Assembly: GCA_039914845.1 (NCBI GenBank) | Contig: JBDSOK010000008.1 | Location: 1-32,588, forward strand | DNA length: 32,588 bases | Source of the DNA: Nitrospiria bacterium | GTDB taxonomy: Bacteria; Nitrospirota; Nitrospiria; 2-01-FULL-66-17 | Direction of reading: 5' to 3' | In this document: positions 17,205-26,490 of the stretch, one piece after another | How positions within the stretch are numbered: position 1 is the stretch's first letter | How the letters are laid out: each line of letters starts with the position of its first letter | Program-made: the position numbers and the translations under genes | The notes under the pieces: model-generated | What the model was told of the DNA's origin: nothing | Seen by the model: only the letters and a program-made list of their open reading frames with translations | The model's database searches: none

Positions 17205-17234
17205 GCCGGGTTCCGAGAATAGAGAGAACATAAC

Positions 17235-17549
17235 ATGGTTGTCGCCAATCAAAAGATTCGGATCAAGCTCAAAGCGTACGACTACCGCGTCCTGGATCAA
17301 TCGGTGGTCGAAATCATCGAGACGGCCACGCGAACCGGAGCCAAGATCTTGGGTCCGGTGCCGCTGCCGACCCGGATCAATAAATACACGGTGCTCCGTT
17401 CGCCGCACGTGGATAAGAAATCCCGTGAGCAATTCGAGATCCGGACCCATAAACGGCTCATCGATATCTTGGAGCCGTCGCCCGAGACCGTGGACGCGCT
17501 GATGAAGCTCAATCTCGCGGCCGGGGTGCACGTGGAAATCAAGCTATGA
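17235..17549 (+). CDS. rpsJ: 30S ribosomal protein S10
   Basis: [24 protein letters not shown]...[14 protein letters not shown]. Length is 104 aa. Confidence 0.97.
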   Translation: MVVANQKIRIKLKAYDYRVLDQSVVEIIETATRTGAKILGPVPLPTRINKYTVLRSPHVDKKSREQFEIRTHKRLIDILEPSPETVDALMKLNLAAGVHVEIKL

Positions 17550-18181
17550 TCGCCGGGATGCTCGGACGCAAGCTGGGTATGACCCAGATCTACGGCGAAA
17601 AGGGCGCGTTGATCCCGGTGACCGTGGTCGAAGCGGGGCCCTGCCACGTCGTACAGCTCAAGACCGCCAAGACCGACGGTTATCAAGCGGCGCAATTATC
17701 GTTCGGGCCGAAGAAGGCGCGCCGGGTCAATCGCCCCGATGCCGGCCACTTCAAGAAGGCCAATGTGCCCCCCGCGTATCACCTGCGCGAGTTCGCCACC
17801 GACGGCGAAGGCGTGGAGGTAGGACAGACGGTGACCGCCGATTCGTTCCAAAAGGGCGAGTGGGTGACCGTCACCGGGACATCGAAGGGAAAGGGATTTG
17901 CGGGCGTCATGAAGCGCCATCATTTTTCCGGTGGTCCCGCCACGCACGGTTCGATGTTCCATCGCACGCCGGGTTCGATCGGCAGCAGCAGCTTCCCGTC
18001 CCGTGTCTTGAAGAACAAGCGTCTGCCCGGTCATATGGGAGCCGAGCAGGTGACGGTACAGGGGCTTCGGGTCGTGGAGGTGCGCCAGGATGAGAATTTG
18101 ATCTTCTTGCAGGGCGCGATCCCGGGACCCACCGGCGCAATCGTCGAAATTCGTCGCGCCCGGACGGGAGGCGCCTCATGA
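17546..18181 (+). CDS. rplC: 50S ribosomal protein L3
   Basis: The start makes an ATGA overlap with the rpsJ stop. The product reads [13 protein letters not shown]...[22 protein letters not shown]. Confidence 0.97.
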   Translation: MIAGMLGRKLGMTQIYGEKGALIPVTVVEAGPCHVVQLKTAKTDGYQAAQLSFGPKKARRVNRPDAGHFKKANVPPAYHLREFATDGEGVEVGQTVTADSFQKGEWVTVTGTSKGKGFAGVMKRHHFSGGPATHGSMFHRTPGSIGSSSFPSRVLKNKRLPGHMGAEQVTVQGLRVVEVRQDENLIFLQGAIPGPTGAIVEIRRARTGGAS

Positions 18182-19071
18182 CCCCCGGCAAATCCACCGG
18201 ACGCGGCAAGAGCACGACATCGGCCGAGAAAAAACGCGTAACGCCGTCCAAGGCCGCGAAGAAGCCCGTCGCGAAGGCCGCGGCCAAGCCGGCGAAAAAG
18301 GCCGCGCCGAAGAAGGCGCCCAAGACTTCGGTCAAGGCCAAGACCAAGGCTCGGGTGGCTGCCAAGGCTCCCGCAGCCGCACCGCGGGCCGCGAAAGTCG
18401 AGCCTCGCACGCTTGAGCCGATTGTGGTCGAGAAAAATAGCGCGGGGACTCCCGTGATCGACGTCATCAACATGAGGCGAGAGAAGGTGGGTCGCGCGGA
18501 GTTGAACGGCCGGTTGTTTTGCACGGTGCCCAATGAAGCGTTGATTCATGAAGCGGTGGTCATGCAGCAGGCCTCGCAACGCCAAGGCACCGCCGATACC
18601 AAGGAGCGGGGAGAGGTGAGTGGAAGCGGTCGCAAGCCCTGGAAGCAGAAGGGGACCGGCCGAGCCCGGGCGGGATCGATTCGCTCCCCGTTGTGGCGGG
18701 GCGGCGGCATCGTCTTCGGTCCCACTCCGCGAAGCTACGCCTATGCGTTTCCGCGGAAGAAGGCGCGGGCGGCGTTGGCGGGCGCCATGAGCGCGAAGGT
18801 CGCGCAAGGCGAGGTCGTCGTGCTCGACACCCTGGCGCTGGACGAGCCGAAGACCAAGCTGATGGCCGGTCTGCTGAAGACTCTCGGGCTTGAGGGGAGC
18901 GTGCTGATCGTGCATGGTGATCAGAGCGGCGTGCTGGCCCGTGCCACCGCCAATCTTCGTCAGGTGACCTTGTTGGATGTTCGGGGGCTCAATGTGTTTG
19001 ACGTGCTCGCGCACCGCCACATCGTCCTGGTGCAATCGGATCTGGCTCGACTTGGGGAGATGTGCGCATGA
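18178..19071 (+). CDS. rplD: 50S ribosomal protein L4 with a ~90-aa Lys/Ala/Pro-rich N-terminal extension
   Basis: The L4 core (NEALIHEAVVMQQASQRQGTADTKERGEVSGSGRKPWKQKGTGRARAGSIRSPLWRGGG) begins about 95 aa into the ORF. The ATG at 18178 overlaps the rplC stop (ATGA). An internal GTG at 18454, after GGGGA, would give a canonical-length protein. Confidence 0.85.
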   Translation: MTPGKSTGRGKSTTSAEKKRVTPSKAAKKPVAKAAAKPAKKAAPKKAPKTSVKAKTKARVAAKAPAAAPRAAKVEPRTLEPIVVEKNSAGTPVIDVINMRREKVGRAELNGRLFCTVPNEALIHEAVVMQQASQRQGTADTKERGEVSGSGRKPWKQKGTGRARAGSIRSPLWRGGGIVFGPTPRSYAYAFPRKKARAALAGAMSAKVAQGEVVVLDTLALDEPKTKLMAGLLKTLGLEGSVLIVHGDQSGVLARATANLRQVTLLDVRGLNVFDVLAHRHIVLVQSDLARLGEMCA

Positions 19072-19514
19072 GTGCCGCACCGAAAGCTGTGAAAACCGAA
19101 CCAACCGGGAAGCCGGCCAAGGCCGTGAAACCGGCCAAAGTTGCGAAGACCGTCAAGACCGCGAAGAGCGCCAAGCCGGCGAAGCCGGCCACGTCCCCGG
19201 CCGCCGAGGTCTTCCCGCTTCGGCGAGTGGATCCGCATGATATTTTGATCGCGCCGCTGGTGACCGAGAAGAGCACGATGATGCGCGAACGACACAATCA
19301 GATCGCCTTCATCGTCTCCAATCGCGCGAACAAGACCGAGGTCAAAAAGGCGGTCGAAGAGGCGCTCAAGGTCAAGGTCGAGTCGGTCAACATCATCAAC
19401 ATCGCCGGCAAGAAGAAGCGGATGGGCAAGTTCGCCGGAACCCGTCCATCATGGAAGAAGGGCATCGTCACATTGAAGGCCGGCGAAAAAATCGAACTCT
19501 TCGAGGGAAGCTAA
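19068..19514 (+). CDS. rplW: 50S ribosomal protein L23 with a ~55-aa Lys/Ala/Pro-rich N-terminal extension
   Basis: ATG at 19068 lies 7 nt after GGGGAGA and makes an ATGA overlap with the rplD stop. The L23 core starts at DPHDILIAPLVTEKS. GTG 19062 and an internal GTG 19227 are alternative starts. Confidence 0.88.
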   Translation: MSAAPKAVKTEPTGKPAKAVKPAKVAKTVKTAKSAKPAKPATSPAAEVFPLRRVDPHDILIAPLVTEKSTMMRERHNQIAFIVSNRANKTEVKKAVEEALKVKVESVNIINIAGKKKRMGKFAGTRPSWKKGIVTLKAGEKIELFEGS

Positions 19515-19517
19515 GCC

Positions 19518-20342
19518 ATGCCGGTGAAACAATATAAGCCGACGTCCCCCGGTCGCCGGTCGATGACCACCTCCACGTTTGAGGAGTTGACCAAGCGTCG
19601 GCCCGAGAAGGCGCTGGTGGTCTCACAGACCGCCTGCGGCGGACGCAATAACCTCGGCAAGATGACCGTACGGCATCGCGGTGGTGGTCACAAGCGGGCG
19701 TATCGCCTGGTCGATTTTCGTCGCGAGAAGTGGGATATCCCCGCCAAGGTTGCTGCGATCGAATACGATCCCAACCGGTCGGCCCGGATCGCCTTGCTGC
19801 ATTACGTCGACGGTGAGAAGCGCTACATCCTGGCGCCGCAGGGATTGACGGTGGGCGAGATGGTGATGTCGGGGCCCAACGCCGAGATCCGGAACGGCAA
19901 CGCATTGCCGTTGTCCAAGATCACGGTCGGCACGCAGATCCATAACATCGAAATGAAGCCCGGTAAGGGCGGGCAGTTGGTGCGGAGCGCCGGCGGGGTG
20001 GCGCAGTTGATGGCCAAAGACCCCGACTATGTGCAGGTGCGTCTGGGGTCCGGCGAGGTGCGGTTCATCGGCGCCGCCTGCATGGCGACCGTCGGTCAGG
20101 TCGGCAATCTCGATCATGAGAACATCTCGATCGGGAAGGCGGGGCGGTCGCGATGGTTGGGACGCCGTCCCAAGGTCCGCGGTGTGGCTATGAATCCCGT
20201 CGATCATCCTCACGGCGGCGGCGAAGGCAAGGCCGGCCAGGGAAATCCCCATCCGGTCTCGCCGTGGGGCCAGTTGGCCAAAGGGTTCAAGACGCGCCGG
20301 CGTAAAGACACCGACCAGTTCATCGTGAAACGCAGGAAGTAA
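19518..20342 (+). CDS. rplB: 50S ribosomal protein L2
   Basis: The 274-aa product contains [16 protein letters not shown] and [18 protein letters not shown]. Confidence 0.97.
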   Translation: MPVKQYKPTSPGRRSMTTSTFEELTKRRPEKALVVSQTACGGRNNLGKMTVRHRGGGHKRAYRLVDFRREKWDIPAKVAAIEYDPNRSARIALLHYVDGEKRYILAPQGLTVGEMVMSGPNAEIRNGNALPLSKITVGTQIHNIEMKPGKGGQLVRSAGGVAQLMAKDPDYVQVRLGSGEVRFIGAACMATVGQVGNLDHENISIGKAGRSRWLGRRPKVRGVAMNPVDHPHGGGEGKAGQGNPHPVSPWGQLAKGFKTRRRKDTDQFIVKRRK

Positions 20343-20351
20343 GGAGTCGCC

Positions 20352-20639
20352 ATGCCCAGGTCAGTCAAAAAAGGTGCGTTCATCGATGCCAGCTTGATGG
20401 CGAAGATTGAGAAGATGAACCAGAACCGCGAAAAGAAAATCATCAAGACGTGGTCGCGCCGGTCCACGATCATTCCCGAAATGCTGGGGCACACGCTGGC
20501 CGTGCACAATGGCCGCAAGTTCATTCCGGTCTACGTGACCGAGAACTTGGTCGGGCACAAGCTCGGCGAGTTTTCACCGACCCGCCTGTTCAAGGGGCAT
20601 GGGTCGGCGAAAACGGAAAAATCCACCGCGCTCAAATGA
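20352..20639 (+). CDS. rpsS: 30S ribosomal protein S19
   Basis: [12 protein letters not shown]...[25 protein letters not shown], with an AAGGAG RBS. Confidence 0.97.
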   Translation: MPRSVKKGAFIDASLMAKIEKMNQNREKKIIKTWSRRSTIIPEMLGHTLAVHNGRKFIPVYVTENLVGHKLGEFSPTRLFKGHGSAKTEKSTALK

Positions 20640-20680
20640 GACGGTCGCAACAGTCCATGAGACGGAAGTAAGGGGATTCG

Positions 20681-21079
20681 ATGGCTGACGCCAAGGCAAT
20701 ACTCAAATTCGTGCGCATCTCGCCGCGGAAGGCCCGCAACGTGGTGGACCTCATCCGGGGCAAGAGGGCGGGAGAGGCCATTTCGGTGCTGCGCTTTACG
20801 GCGAGGGGCGCGGCGCGCGTGATCGAGAAAGTGCTGCGCTCGGCCATCGCCAACGCCGAGAACCGGGAGATCGGCGATGTCGACGATTTGGTCGTGAGCC
20901 GGGTGTGCGTCGATCAAGGCCCGACGCTCAAGCGGATCCAGCCCGCGCCGCAGGGACGGGCCCACGCCATCCATAAACGTATGAGTCACATCACCATCGT
21001 GGTGACCCCCGTGCCGCGCCCGGTTCGCCGGGCCGCCAAGGCGGGAGCACCGAAGGGAGTCGCGAACCGTGGGGCATAA
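20681..21079 (+). CDS. rplV: 50S ribosomal protein L22 (short basic C-terminal tail)
   Basis: [25 protein letters not shown]...[15 protein letters not shown]. The 3' end overlaps rpsC by 11 nt. Confidence 0.95.
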   Translation: MADAKAILKFVRISPRKARNVVDLIRGKRAGEAISVLRFTARGAARVIEKVLRSAIANAENREIGDVDDLVVSRVCVDQGPTLKRIQPAPQGRAHAIHKRMSHITIVVTPVPRPVRRAAKAGAPKGVANRGA

Positions 21080-21743
21080 GGTCCATCCAATCGGGTTTCG
21101 CCTGGGATACATCAAACCGTGGAATTCCCGCTGGTTCGCCGAGAAGGAATATGCCGTGTTGCTTCACGAGGACTTGCGGGTTCGCAAGATCGTGAAGGCC
21201 AAGCTGTACCATGCCGGTATTGCCCGCATCGAGATCGAACGCTCGGGCAATCAACTCCGCATCAATCTCCATACCTCGCGTCCGGGCATCATCATCGGTC
21301 GAAAGGGCGCCGAAGTCGACAAGCTCAAGGTCGAGCTCGAAGCGCTTACCAAGCGTCAGGTCGTCATCAACATCAAGGAGATCAAGAAGCCCGAGGTCGA
21401 TGCGCAACTCGTGGCGGAGAACATCGCCTTGCAGTTGGAGAAGCGCATCGCGTTTCGCCGGGCGATGAAGAAGGCGGTGGTGTCCGCCCTGCGGTTGGGG
21501 GCCAAGGGTATCAAGGTCAATTGCGCGGGGCGTCTCGGCGGAGCCGAAATCGCCCGCACCGAGTGGTATCGCGAGGGTCGCGTCCCGCTCCATACCCTGC
21601 GGGCCGACATCGATTACGGCTTGGCTGAAGCCAAGACGACCTATGGTCAGATCGGCGTGAAGGTGTGGATTTACCGCGGCGAATTGTTGCCGGGAGGCGG
21701 TGTCGTGAAGGCCGAAGAGCGAGGAATGCGGTCCCATGCTTAG
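21069..21743 (+). CDS. rpsC: 30S ribosomal protein S3
   Basis: GTG start giving [24 protein letters not shown], with a KH domain. Length is 224 aa. Confidence 0.96.
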   Translation: MGHKVHPIGFRLGYIKPWNSRWFAEKEYAVLLHEDLRVRKIVKAKLYHAGIARIEIERSGNQLRINLHTSRPGIIIGRKGAEVDKLKVELEALTKRQVVINIKEIKKPEVDAQLVAENIALQLEKRIAFRRAMKKAVVSALRLGAKGIKVNCAGRLGGAEIARTEWYREGRVPLHTLRADIDYGLAEAKTTYGQIGVKVWIYRGELLPGGGVVKAEERGMRSHA

Positions 21744-22152
21744 CCCCAAAAAAGTCAAATTTCGCAAGATGCATAAGGGCCGGATGAAGGGCAAGGCCTA
21801 TCGCGGCGCGGAGCTGGCCTTCGGCGATTTCGGTCTGAAGGCGATCGAGCCCGGTTGGGTCACGGCCCGACAGATCGAGGCGGCTCGGATCGCCATGACC
21901 CGGTACGTCAAGCGCGGCGGCCGCATCTGGATCCGGATCTTTCCCGACAAGCCGATCACCAAGAAGCCCGCGGAAACCCGAATGGGGAAGGGCAAAGGCA
22001 ATCCCGAGTCTTGGGTGTGCGTGGTGAAGGCCGGCCGGATTTTGTATGAGATGGAAGGGGTGACGCCCGATATCGCCAAGGCCGCGTTTCGGTTGGCGGC
22101 GTACAAGCTGGCCATCGCCACCAAATTCATCGAGCGGGGAGCGGCGGTCTAA
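21736..22152 (+). CDS. rplP: 50S ribosomal protein L16
   Basis: [19 protein letters not shown]...[10 protein letters not shown]. Length is 138 aa. Confidence 0.97.
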   Translation: MLSPKKVKFRKMHKGRMKGKAYRGAELAFGDFGLKAIEPGWVTARQIEAARIAMTRYVKRGGRIWIRIFPDKPITKKPAETRMGKGKGNPESWVCVVKAGRILYEMEGVTPDIAKAAFRLAAYKLAIATKFIERGAAV

Positions 22153-22353
22153 ATGGATATCAAGGATCTTCGCGGATTGACCTCCGCTGAATTGCTTCAA
22201 AAGGAACGGGATCTGAAGAAAGAGCTCTTCCATCTCCGCGTCCAGAGTGTCACCGGTCGGGTGGAAAGCCCGGCACGGATCAGAACAGCCAAGCGCGAAG
22301 TCGCGCGGATCAAGACGATTGCGCGGGAATCCGCGATCGGGAAGAAGCCATAG
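22153..22353 (+). CDS. rpmC: 50S ribosomal protein L29
   Basis: The 66-aa product reads LRGLTSAELLQKERDLKKELFHLRVQ, and the gene sits between rplP and rpsQ. Confidence 0.93.
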   Translation: MDIKDLRGLTSAELLQKERDLKKELFHLRVQSVTGRVESPARIRTAKREVARIKTIARESAIGKKP

Positions 22354-22356
22354 TCC

Positions 22357-22668
22357 ATGAAAGGACACGCGGTGGACAACGTCGTACGGAAAGCGCCCAA
22401 GTCGATCGTGGGGCGGGTGGTCAGCAATAAGATGCAGAAGACGGTGGTGGTCGAGGTGGCGTGGACGATCATCCATCCCGAGTATAAGAAGGTCGTTCGC
22501 CGAACCACCCGGTACATGGCCCACGACGAGCACGGCTGCGCGATGGGCGACCGGGTGAAGCTGGCCGAGACCCGGCCCTTGTCCAAGCGGAAACGCTGGC
22601 AGGTCATCTCGATCGTCGAGCGGTCGCAGCCCGCTCTCCCCTCCGTCGGGGCCTCGGTGGCGCCATGA
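22357..22668 (+). CDS. rpsQ: 30S ribosomal protein S17
   Basis: [18 protein letters not shown]...[19 protein letters not shown]...RPLSKRKRW. Confidence 0.95.
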   Translation: MKGHAVDNVVRKAPKSIVGRVVSNKMQKTVVVEVAWTIIHPEYKKVVRRTTRYMAHDEHGCAMGDRVKLAETRPLSKRKRWQVISIVERSQPALPSVGASVAP

Positions 22669-23033
22669 TCCAGATCTATACCATGCTCGATGTCGCCGAT
22701 AATTCCGGGGCGAAAAAGGTGATGTGCTTTCACGTCTTCGGGGGATCGAAAAAGCGCTACGCATCGATCGGCGACATCATCACCGTGACGGTCAAAGAGG
22801 CGATCCCGCAAGGCAGCGTCAAGAAGGGCGACGTCGTGAAGGCGGTGGTCGTACGGACGGCCAAGGAAGTTCGCCGGGACGACGGGTCCTACATCAAGTT
22901 CGACCGCAACGCGGCGGTGCTCATCAATCCCCAGGGGGAGCCGATCGGCACGCGCATTTTCGGTCCGGTGGCGCGCGAGTTGCGTTGGAAAAAATTCATG
23001 AAGATCATTTCGCTCGCACCTGAAGTGCTCTAA
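22665..23033 (+). CDS. rplN: 50S ribosomal protein L14
   Basis: [24 protein letters not shown]...[11 protein letters not shown]-like sequence. Length is 122 aa, and the start makes an ATGA overlap with rpsQ. Confidence 0.97.
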   Translation: MIQIYTMLDVADNSGAKKVMCFHVFGGSKKRYASIGDIITVTVKEAIPQGSVKKGDVVKAVVVRTAKEVRRDDGSYIKFDRNAAVLINPQGEPIGTRIFGPVARELRWKKFMKIISLAPEVL

Positions 23034-23059
23034 GCGGCGGCGAGAGGGGAACCAGCATT

Positions 23060-23401
23060 ATGGCGGTAGCGACGACATCGACGAAATCCCGGGTCCGTAA
23101 AGGCGACACGGTGGTGATTCTCAGCGGCAAGGATCGCGGCAAGCAGGGGAAGGTTCTGCAGGTGATGCCCGCGGCCTCGAAAGTGGTCGTTGAGAAGCTC
23201 AATCTGTTCAAACGCCACACCAAGCCCGGCAAAGCGAATAAGGGCGGGATCATCGAGAAAGAGCGGGCGCTGCAGCTGGCGAAAGTCATGGTGCTCTGCC
23301 CGCACTGCAGCGCGCCGTCTCGGCTGGGTGTGGCATTGCTGGAGAACGGCAAGCGGCTTCGGCGGTGCAAGAGCTGCGGCGAGATCGTGGATAAAGGATA
23401 A
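23060..23401 (+). CDS. rplX: 50S ribosomal protein L24 (contains CPHC...CKSC)
   Basis: KOW motif VRKGDTVVILSGKDRGKQGKV. Length is 113 aa. Confidence 0.95.
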   Translation: MAVATTSTKSRVRKGDTVVILSGKDRGKQGKVLQVMPAASKVVVEKLNLFKRHTKPGKANKGGIIEKERALQLAKVMVLCPHCSAPSRLGVALLENGKRLRRCKSCGEIVDKG

Positions 23402-23404
23402 GGC

Positions 23405-23968
23405 ATGGTCAAAACGGCGACGACTGAAGTAGCTCCGCTCAAGACGCGATACCAGCAGGATGTGGTGCCGCTCCTGACGAAGGAGTTTCATTATCACAAC
23501 GTGATGCAGGTGCCTCGCATCGAAAAGGTGGTCCTGAACGTCGGCATGGGCGAGGCCACCAGCAATGCCAAGCTTCTGGAAGCGGCGGTGAAGGAGGTGG
23601 GCCAGATCACCGGTCAGCGCGCCATGGTCACCAAGGCCCGAAAATCCATCGCGGGATTTAAGCTGCGCGAGGGCGTGTCGATCGGCTGCAAGGTGACGAT
23701 GCGGGGGCAACGGATGTGGGAGTTTCTCGAGCGATTGTTGCACGTGGCGCTGCCGCGCATCCGAGATTTCCGCGGGGTGCTGGGCCGCTCGTTCGACGGA
23801 CGGGGGAACTACACGCTCGGGCTGAAGGAACAGTTGATCTTTCCCGAGATCAAGTACGACGAGATCACCGCGGTTCACGGGATGGATATTACGATCGTCA
23901 CCACCGCCAAGAACGACGCCGAGGGCAAGGCGCTGTTGAAGCATTTGGGGATGCCGTTCAGGAATTAG
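23405..23968 (+). CDS. rplE: 50S ribosomal protein L5
   Basis: [40 protein letters not shown]. Length is 187 aa. Confidence 0.97.
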   Translation: MVKTATTEVAPLKTRYQQDVVPLLTKEFHYHNVMQVPRIEKVVLNVGMGEATSNAKLLEAAVKEVGQITGQRAMVTKARKSIAGFKLREGVSIGCKVTMRGQRMWEFLERLLHVALPRIRDFRGVLGRSFDGRGNYTLGLKEQLIFPEIKYDEITAVHGMDITIVTTAKNDAEGKALLKHLGMPFRN

Positions 23969-23984
23969 GCGTCGAGCGTAAGAG

Positions 23985-24047
23985 GCGTTGTGCGTTGTCG
24001 GTTCTTCGTTGTTCGTGACGAACAACCGGCACGAACAACCAATAACA
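23985..24047. repeat. Family-B GTTG/CAAC hairpin element, copy B2 (rplE-rpsZ spacer)
   Basis: GGCGTTGTGCGTTGTCGGTTCTTCGTTGTTCGTGACGAACAACCGGCACGAACAACC. It contains the perfect hairpin GTTGTTCG-TGA-CGAACAAC and two ACGAACAAC copies. Confidence 0.6.
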
Positions 24048-24065
24048 AATGTCGAGGGTTCCGCT

Positions 24066-24251
24066 ATGGCACGTACGGCTCTGATCAATAAGGCCAAGAC
24101 ACCGCAGAAGTTTCCGGTCCGCCAGTACCACCGCTGCGGGTCCTGCGGCCGGGTGCGGGGATTCATGCGCAAGTTCGCCTTGTGCCGGATTTGTTTTCGG
24201 AATTTCAGCCTGCGCGGAGATATCCCGGGTGTCATCAAGTCGAGTTGGTAG
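24066..24251 (+). CDS. rpsZ: 30S ribosomal protein S14 type Z (61 aa, Cys4 zinc form)
   Basis: ATG at 24066 follows GAGG and gives [61 protein letters not shown]. The upstream 26 codons of the track ORF lie in repeat B2. Confidence 0.94.
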   Translation: MARTALINKAKTPQKFPVRQYHRCGSCGRVRGFMRKFALCRICFRNFSLRGDIPGVIKSSW

Positions 24252-24302
24252 CATCGCCGGCCTGCAGGGGCAGGCGTCGCCATACGTTTGTGTAAGGAGT
24301 GA

Positions 24303-24707
24303 ATGACCATGAGCATGACCGATCCGATCGCCGATATGTTGACCCGCATTCGCAACGCCGCCCAGCGTCGTCATGAGTCGGTGACGATGCCGACGTCGCG
24401 TGTGAAAGTCGACATCGCCAAACTCCTGACCGAAGAGGGGTTTGTCCGCAGTTATAAGTTGGTCAGCGGTACTCCGCGCACCTCGCTGAAGATCGAACTG
24501 AAATATATCGACGAAGATGATTCGGTGATCACGGGGCTCTCGCGGGTGAGCACCCCGGGACGTCGGGTGTATGTGAGGCATGACCGGGTTCCGCACGTGA
24601 AGGGCGGATACGGCCTGGCCATTCTCTCGACCAATCGCGGCCTGTTGACCGACAAGCACGCCCGGCAGGCGCGGGTTGGCGGCGAAGTCCTTTGCTACGT
24701 GTGGTGA
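24303..24707 (+). CDS. rpsH: 30S ribosomal protein S8
   Basis: MTDPIADMLTRIRNA.... The AAGGAG RBS at 24294-24299 makes ATG 24309 (spacing 9) at least as likely as 24303 (spacing 3). Confidence 0.94.
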   Translation: MTMSMTDPIADMLTRIRNAAQRRHESVTMPTSRVKVDIAKLLTEEGFVRSYKLVSGTPRTSLKIELKYIDEDDSVITGLSRVSTPGRRVYVRHDRVPHVKGGYGLAILSTNRGLLTDKHARQARVGGEVLCYVW

Positions 24708-24751
24708 AGTAGCTCACAGCTCATAGCGTAGAGGAAAGTCAAAAGGAACCT

Positions 24752-25288
24752 ATGTCACGAATCGGTCAGAAGGAAATTGAGGTGCCTAAGGGCGTCGAGG
24801 TGAAAGTCGGCTCCGGGGTGGTCCGAGTCAAGGGGCCGAAGGGCGAACTCTCGAAGGCGATTCATCCCAACGTCTCGGTCAGCGTGGACAATGGCCACGT
24901 CAAGGTGATGCGGTCGTCGGATGAGAAATTCCATAAATCGCTGCACGGCATGCTGCGAAACGAAATCCAGAATATGGTGGTCGGCGTGTCGCAGGGATAC
25001 GAGCGGGTCTTGGAAATCACCGGGGTGGGCTATCGCGCGCAATTGCAGGGCAAGAAGTTGTCCCTCAGCCTGGGGTATACCAATCCGATCGAGTTTCCCC
25101 TCCCGCCCGGGGTGGATGCCGCGGTTGAGAAACAGACGACGATCACGTTGCGCGGGGTGGATAAATATCTGGTCGGCCAGACCGCGGCGAAGATCCGGTC
25201 GATGCGGAAGCCCGAACCCTATAAGGGGAAGGGCGTGAAATACGCTGGGGAGCATATTATCCGGAAGGAAGGCAAGACCGGCAAATGA
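24752..25288 (+). CDS. rplF: 50S ribosomal protein L6
   Basis: MSRIGQKEIEVPKGVEVKV...PEPYKGKGVKYAGEHIIRKEGKTGK. Length is 178 aa. Confidence 0.97.
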   Translation: MSRIGQKEIEVPKGVEVKVGSGVVRVKGPKGELSKAIHPNVSVSVDNGHVKVMRSSDEKFHKSLHGMLRNEIQNMVVGVSQGYERVLEITGVGYRAQLQGKKLSLSLGYTNPIEFPLPPGVDAAVEKQTTITLRGVDKYLVGQTAAKIRSMRKPEPYKGKGVKYAGEHIIRKEGKTGK

Positions 25289-25414
25289 AGGCGCCTGTCC
25301 ATGAAGGGCCATCTACGGCGTTGTCGCTGCGCTCCGGTGCTCACGTACGAACGAGTACGTTCCGCTCCGGTGCTCGCTCCGCCTTGTATCTGACCCTTCC
25401 TGAACAGGCTCCCC
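25289..25414. repeat. Family-A intergenic repeat, copy A3 (immediately after the rplF stop)
   Basis: Matches A1 (548-672) in the same orientation. The central palindrome ACGTAC-GAACGA-GTACGT is flanked by direct GCTCCGGTGCTC repeats. The ends GCCTGTCCATGAAG and CTTCCTGAACAGGC are inverted repeats. Confidence 0.72.
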
Positions 25415-25511
25415 AACAGACAGGTCTCCGCGACGCGTGCGGTCGCGTTCGCGCTTGACCCGTGATCGGTCCGGCTGTGGTACAAAAAGAAGAGAGACGT
25501 TGGAGTTCGCC

Positions 25512-26477
25512 ATGCCCCGCACGATTGTGCCGACTGATCAGGAGACGTTGATGCTGGCGTTCGGGGACCGGGCGGTTCGGCTGACCAACCTCCGGAAGAT
25601 GTTTTGGAACGAGGCGGGCCTCACCAAGCGTGATTTGATCCAGTATTATGCCGACGTGTCGCCCTATCTCCTCCCGCATCTGGCCGATCGCGGGGTGACG
25701 ATGAAACGGTTTCCCAACGGCGCGGCGGGGGCTTTCTTTTATATGAAACACGCCCCGGTCTCGCGGCCGCCCTGGGTGAAGGTCTGTCCCATTCCGCATA
25801 AAGAGGTCATCGACTTTGTGATGGTCTCCGATCTGCCGTCGCTGTTGTGGGTCATCAATCTGGGATGCATCGACCTCCACCCGTGGTACGGCCGCTGCGA
25901 CGATCCGGATCGTCCCGACGTTCTGCACTTCGATCTGGATCCCGGTCCCGGCGCCGAGTTTGCGCACGTCTGCGAGGCGGCTCTGCGCGTGCGCGAGATG
26001 TTGGACGCGCTGACGATGCCTTCATTCGTCAAAACCTCCGGATCGAAGGGCCTGCACGTGTATGTGCCGATCGCGCGCGATCCGGTCCAGAAGGAGGTGT
26101 GGACCGTCGCCAAGGCGCTGGCGCAGGATCTGGCGTCGCGCCATCCGCGTCTGGTGACCGCCGAGTACCGCATCGCCAAGCGCCCGCGCGGCCGGGTCTT
26201 GGTGGACTACAACCAGAATGCCTGGGGCCGGTCGCTGGCCTCGGTGTATTCGGTGCGGCCGACACCCCGCGCCTCGGTCTCCACTCCGGTGACCTGGGAG
26301 GAACTCGAGCGGGGGATCACGATCGATATGTTTCGGATCGACAATGTCCCCCAGCGCCTGCACGAGCGCGGCGATCTCTGGAAGGGAGTCCTGGGCAACG
26401 AACGGTTCGATTTGCGGCCCTTCATCTCCACCCTCGCGCGCCTGACTACGCCCCGTGGCGCGCGCTCGGCGGCCTAA
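25512..26477 (+). CDS. Stand-alone LigD-type polymerase/primase domain protein (AEP superfamily, PolDom/Prim-PolC-like)
   Basis: ATG at 25512 lies 6 nt after GGAG. The motifs VLHFDLDP, FVKTSGSKGLHVYVP and VLVDYNQN match the three catalytic motifs of bacterial NHEJ polymerase domains. Length is 321 aa. Confidence 0.88.
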   Translation: MPRTIVPTDQETLMLAFGDRAVRLTNLRKMFWNEAGLTKRDLIQYYADVSPYLLPHLADRGVTMKRFPNGAAGAFFYMKHAPVSRPPWVKVCPIPHKEVIDFVMVSDLPSLLWVINLGCIDLHPWYGRCDDPDRPDVLHFDLDPGPGAEFAHVCEAALRVREMLDALTMPSFVKTSGSKGLHVYVPIARDPVQKEVWTVAKALAQDLASRHPRLVTAEYRIAKRPRGRVLVDYNQNAWGRSLASVYSVRPTPRASVSTPVTWEELERGITIDMFRIDNVPQRLHERGDLWKGVLGNERFDLRPFISTLARLTTPRGARSAA

Positions 26478-26490
26478 TCCGGAGAATCCG

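Noticed and set aside
25455-25486. Possible promoter TTGACC ... TACAAA upstream of the polymerase gene
   Set aside because: The spacer would be 20 nt and the -10 hexamer is poor, so it is not supportable from sequence alone.
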